From Candidatus Enterousia sp. (GTDB lineage Bacteria > Pseudomonadota > Alphaproteobacteria > Rs-D84), in the NCBI GenBank assembly GCA_045539815.1, contig JAZQGC010000038.1, forward strand, positions 925-64,924: a stretch of DNA of 64,000 nucleotides, in the 5' to 3' direction. The first letter of the stretch is position 1, and each line of letters opens with the position of its first letter. A program made the translations under genes and the position numbers. This document shows positions 63,953-64,000 of this stretch, one piece after another. The notes under the pieces were generated by a model. It made no database searches, was not told the DNA's origin, and was given only the letters and a program-made list of their open reading frames with translations.

Positions 63953-64000
63953 AAAACACGCCCTTTAATTATTGATTAAAGTCTGTTTTTTTGATATGAT

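Overview
AT-rich bacterial chromosome segment (G+C judged by eye only, not computed) with alphaproteobacterial hallmarks: a circularly permuted two-piece tmRNA gene, a DUF1013/TrcR-type regulator beside rpoD, an AddA-type helicase-nuclease and IHF-beta. The housekeeping backbone is tsaD, xseA, recN, lysS, rpoD, cysS, a fused accD-accA, prfB with its +1 frameshift site, obg, tsaB, rimI, argS, rpoZ, an mtaB-like gene, a PBP5-type carboxypeptidase, holB, tatD and smpB. There are five tRNA genes (Ser-GCT, Ser-CGA, Arg-CCG, CAT, Ser-GGA) plus one decayed tRNA-Ser copy. Three accessory blocks interrupt the backbone. (1) 25.2-33.6 kb encodes secreted or surface proteins: a 1292-aa signal-peptide protein ending in a J-domain-like HPD module, an ATGA-coupled Gly/Ala/Thr-rich protein whose RBS-served ATG is put out of frame by a G8/C8 tract, AmiC, a GT6 histo-blood-group-type glycosyltransferase with NXN instead of DXD, and a Cys-containing exported protein. 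(2) 43.4-48.6 kb is a single 1750-aa exported protein combining Listeria-Bacteroides-type repeats with eukaryote-like Cys-rich modules and near-identical internal DNA duplications. (3) 52.1-58.4 kb looks like an integrative-element remnant next to tRNA-Ser(GGA). It carries DUF2924 plus a large serine recombinase, a SieB-like membrane protein, and an overlapping operon (class II aaRS C-terminal fragment, radical SAM, atypical HAD) convergent with an MccF/LdcA-type S66 peptidase, bounded on the left by two back-to-back 5'-truncated genes. That operon is my best candidate for an undescribed system, but its function is inference only. Other oddities are a split addA, a Lon homologue with no protease domain, a possible divergent RelA/SpoT-fold protein and an alkyltransferase-like (Cys to Trp) protein. 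The eukaryote-like content (GT6, Pif1, J-domain, Cys-rich repeats) suggests a host-associated lifestyle. No CRISPR array or rRNA gene was seen.
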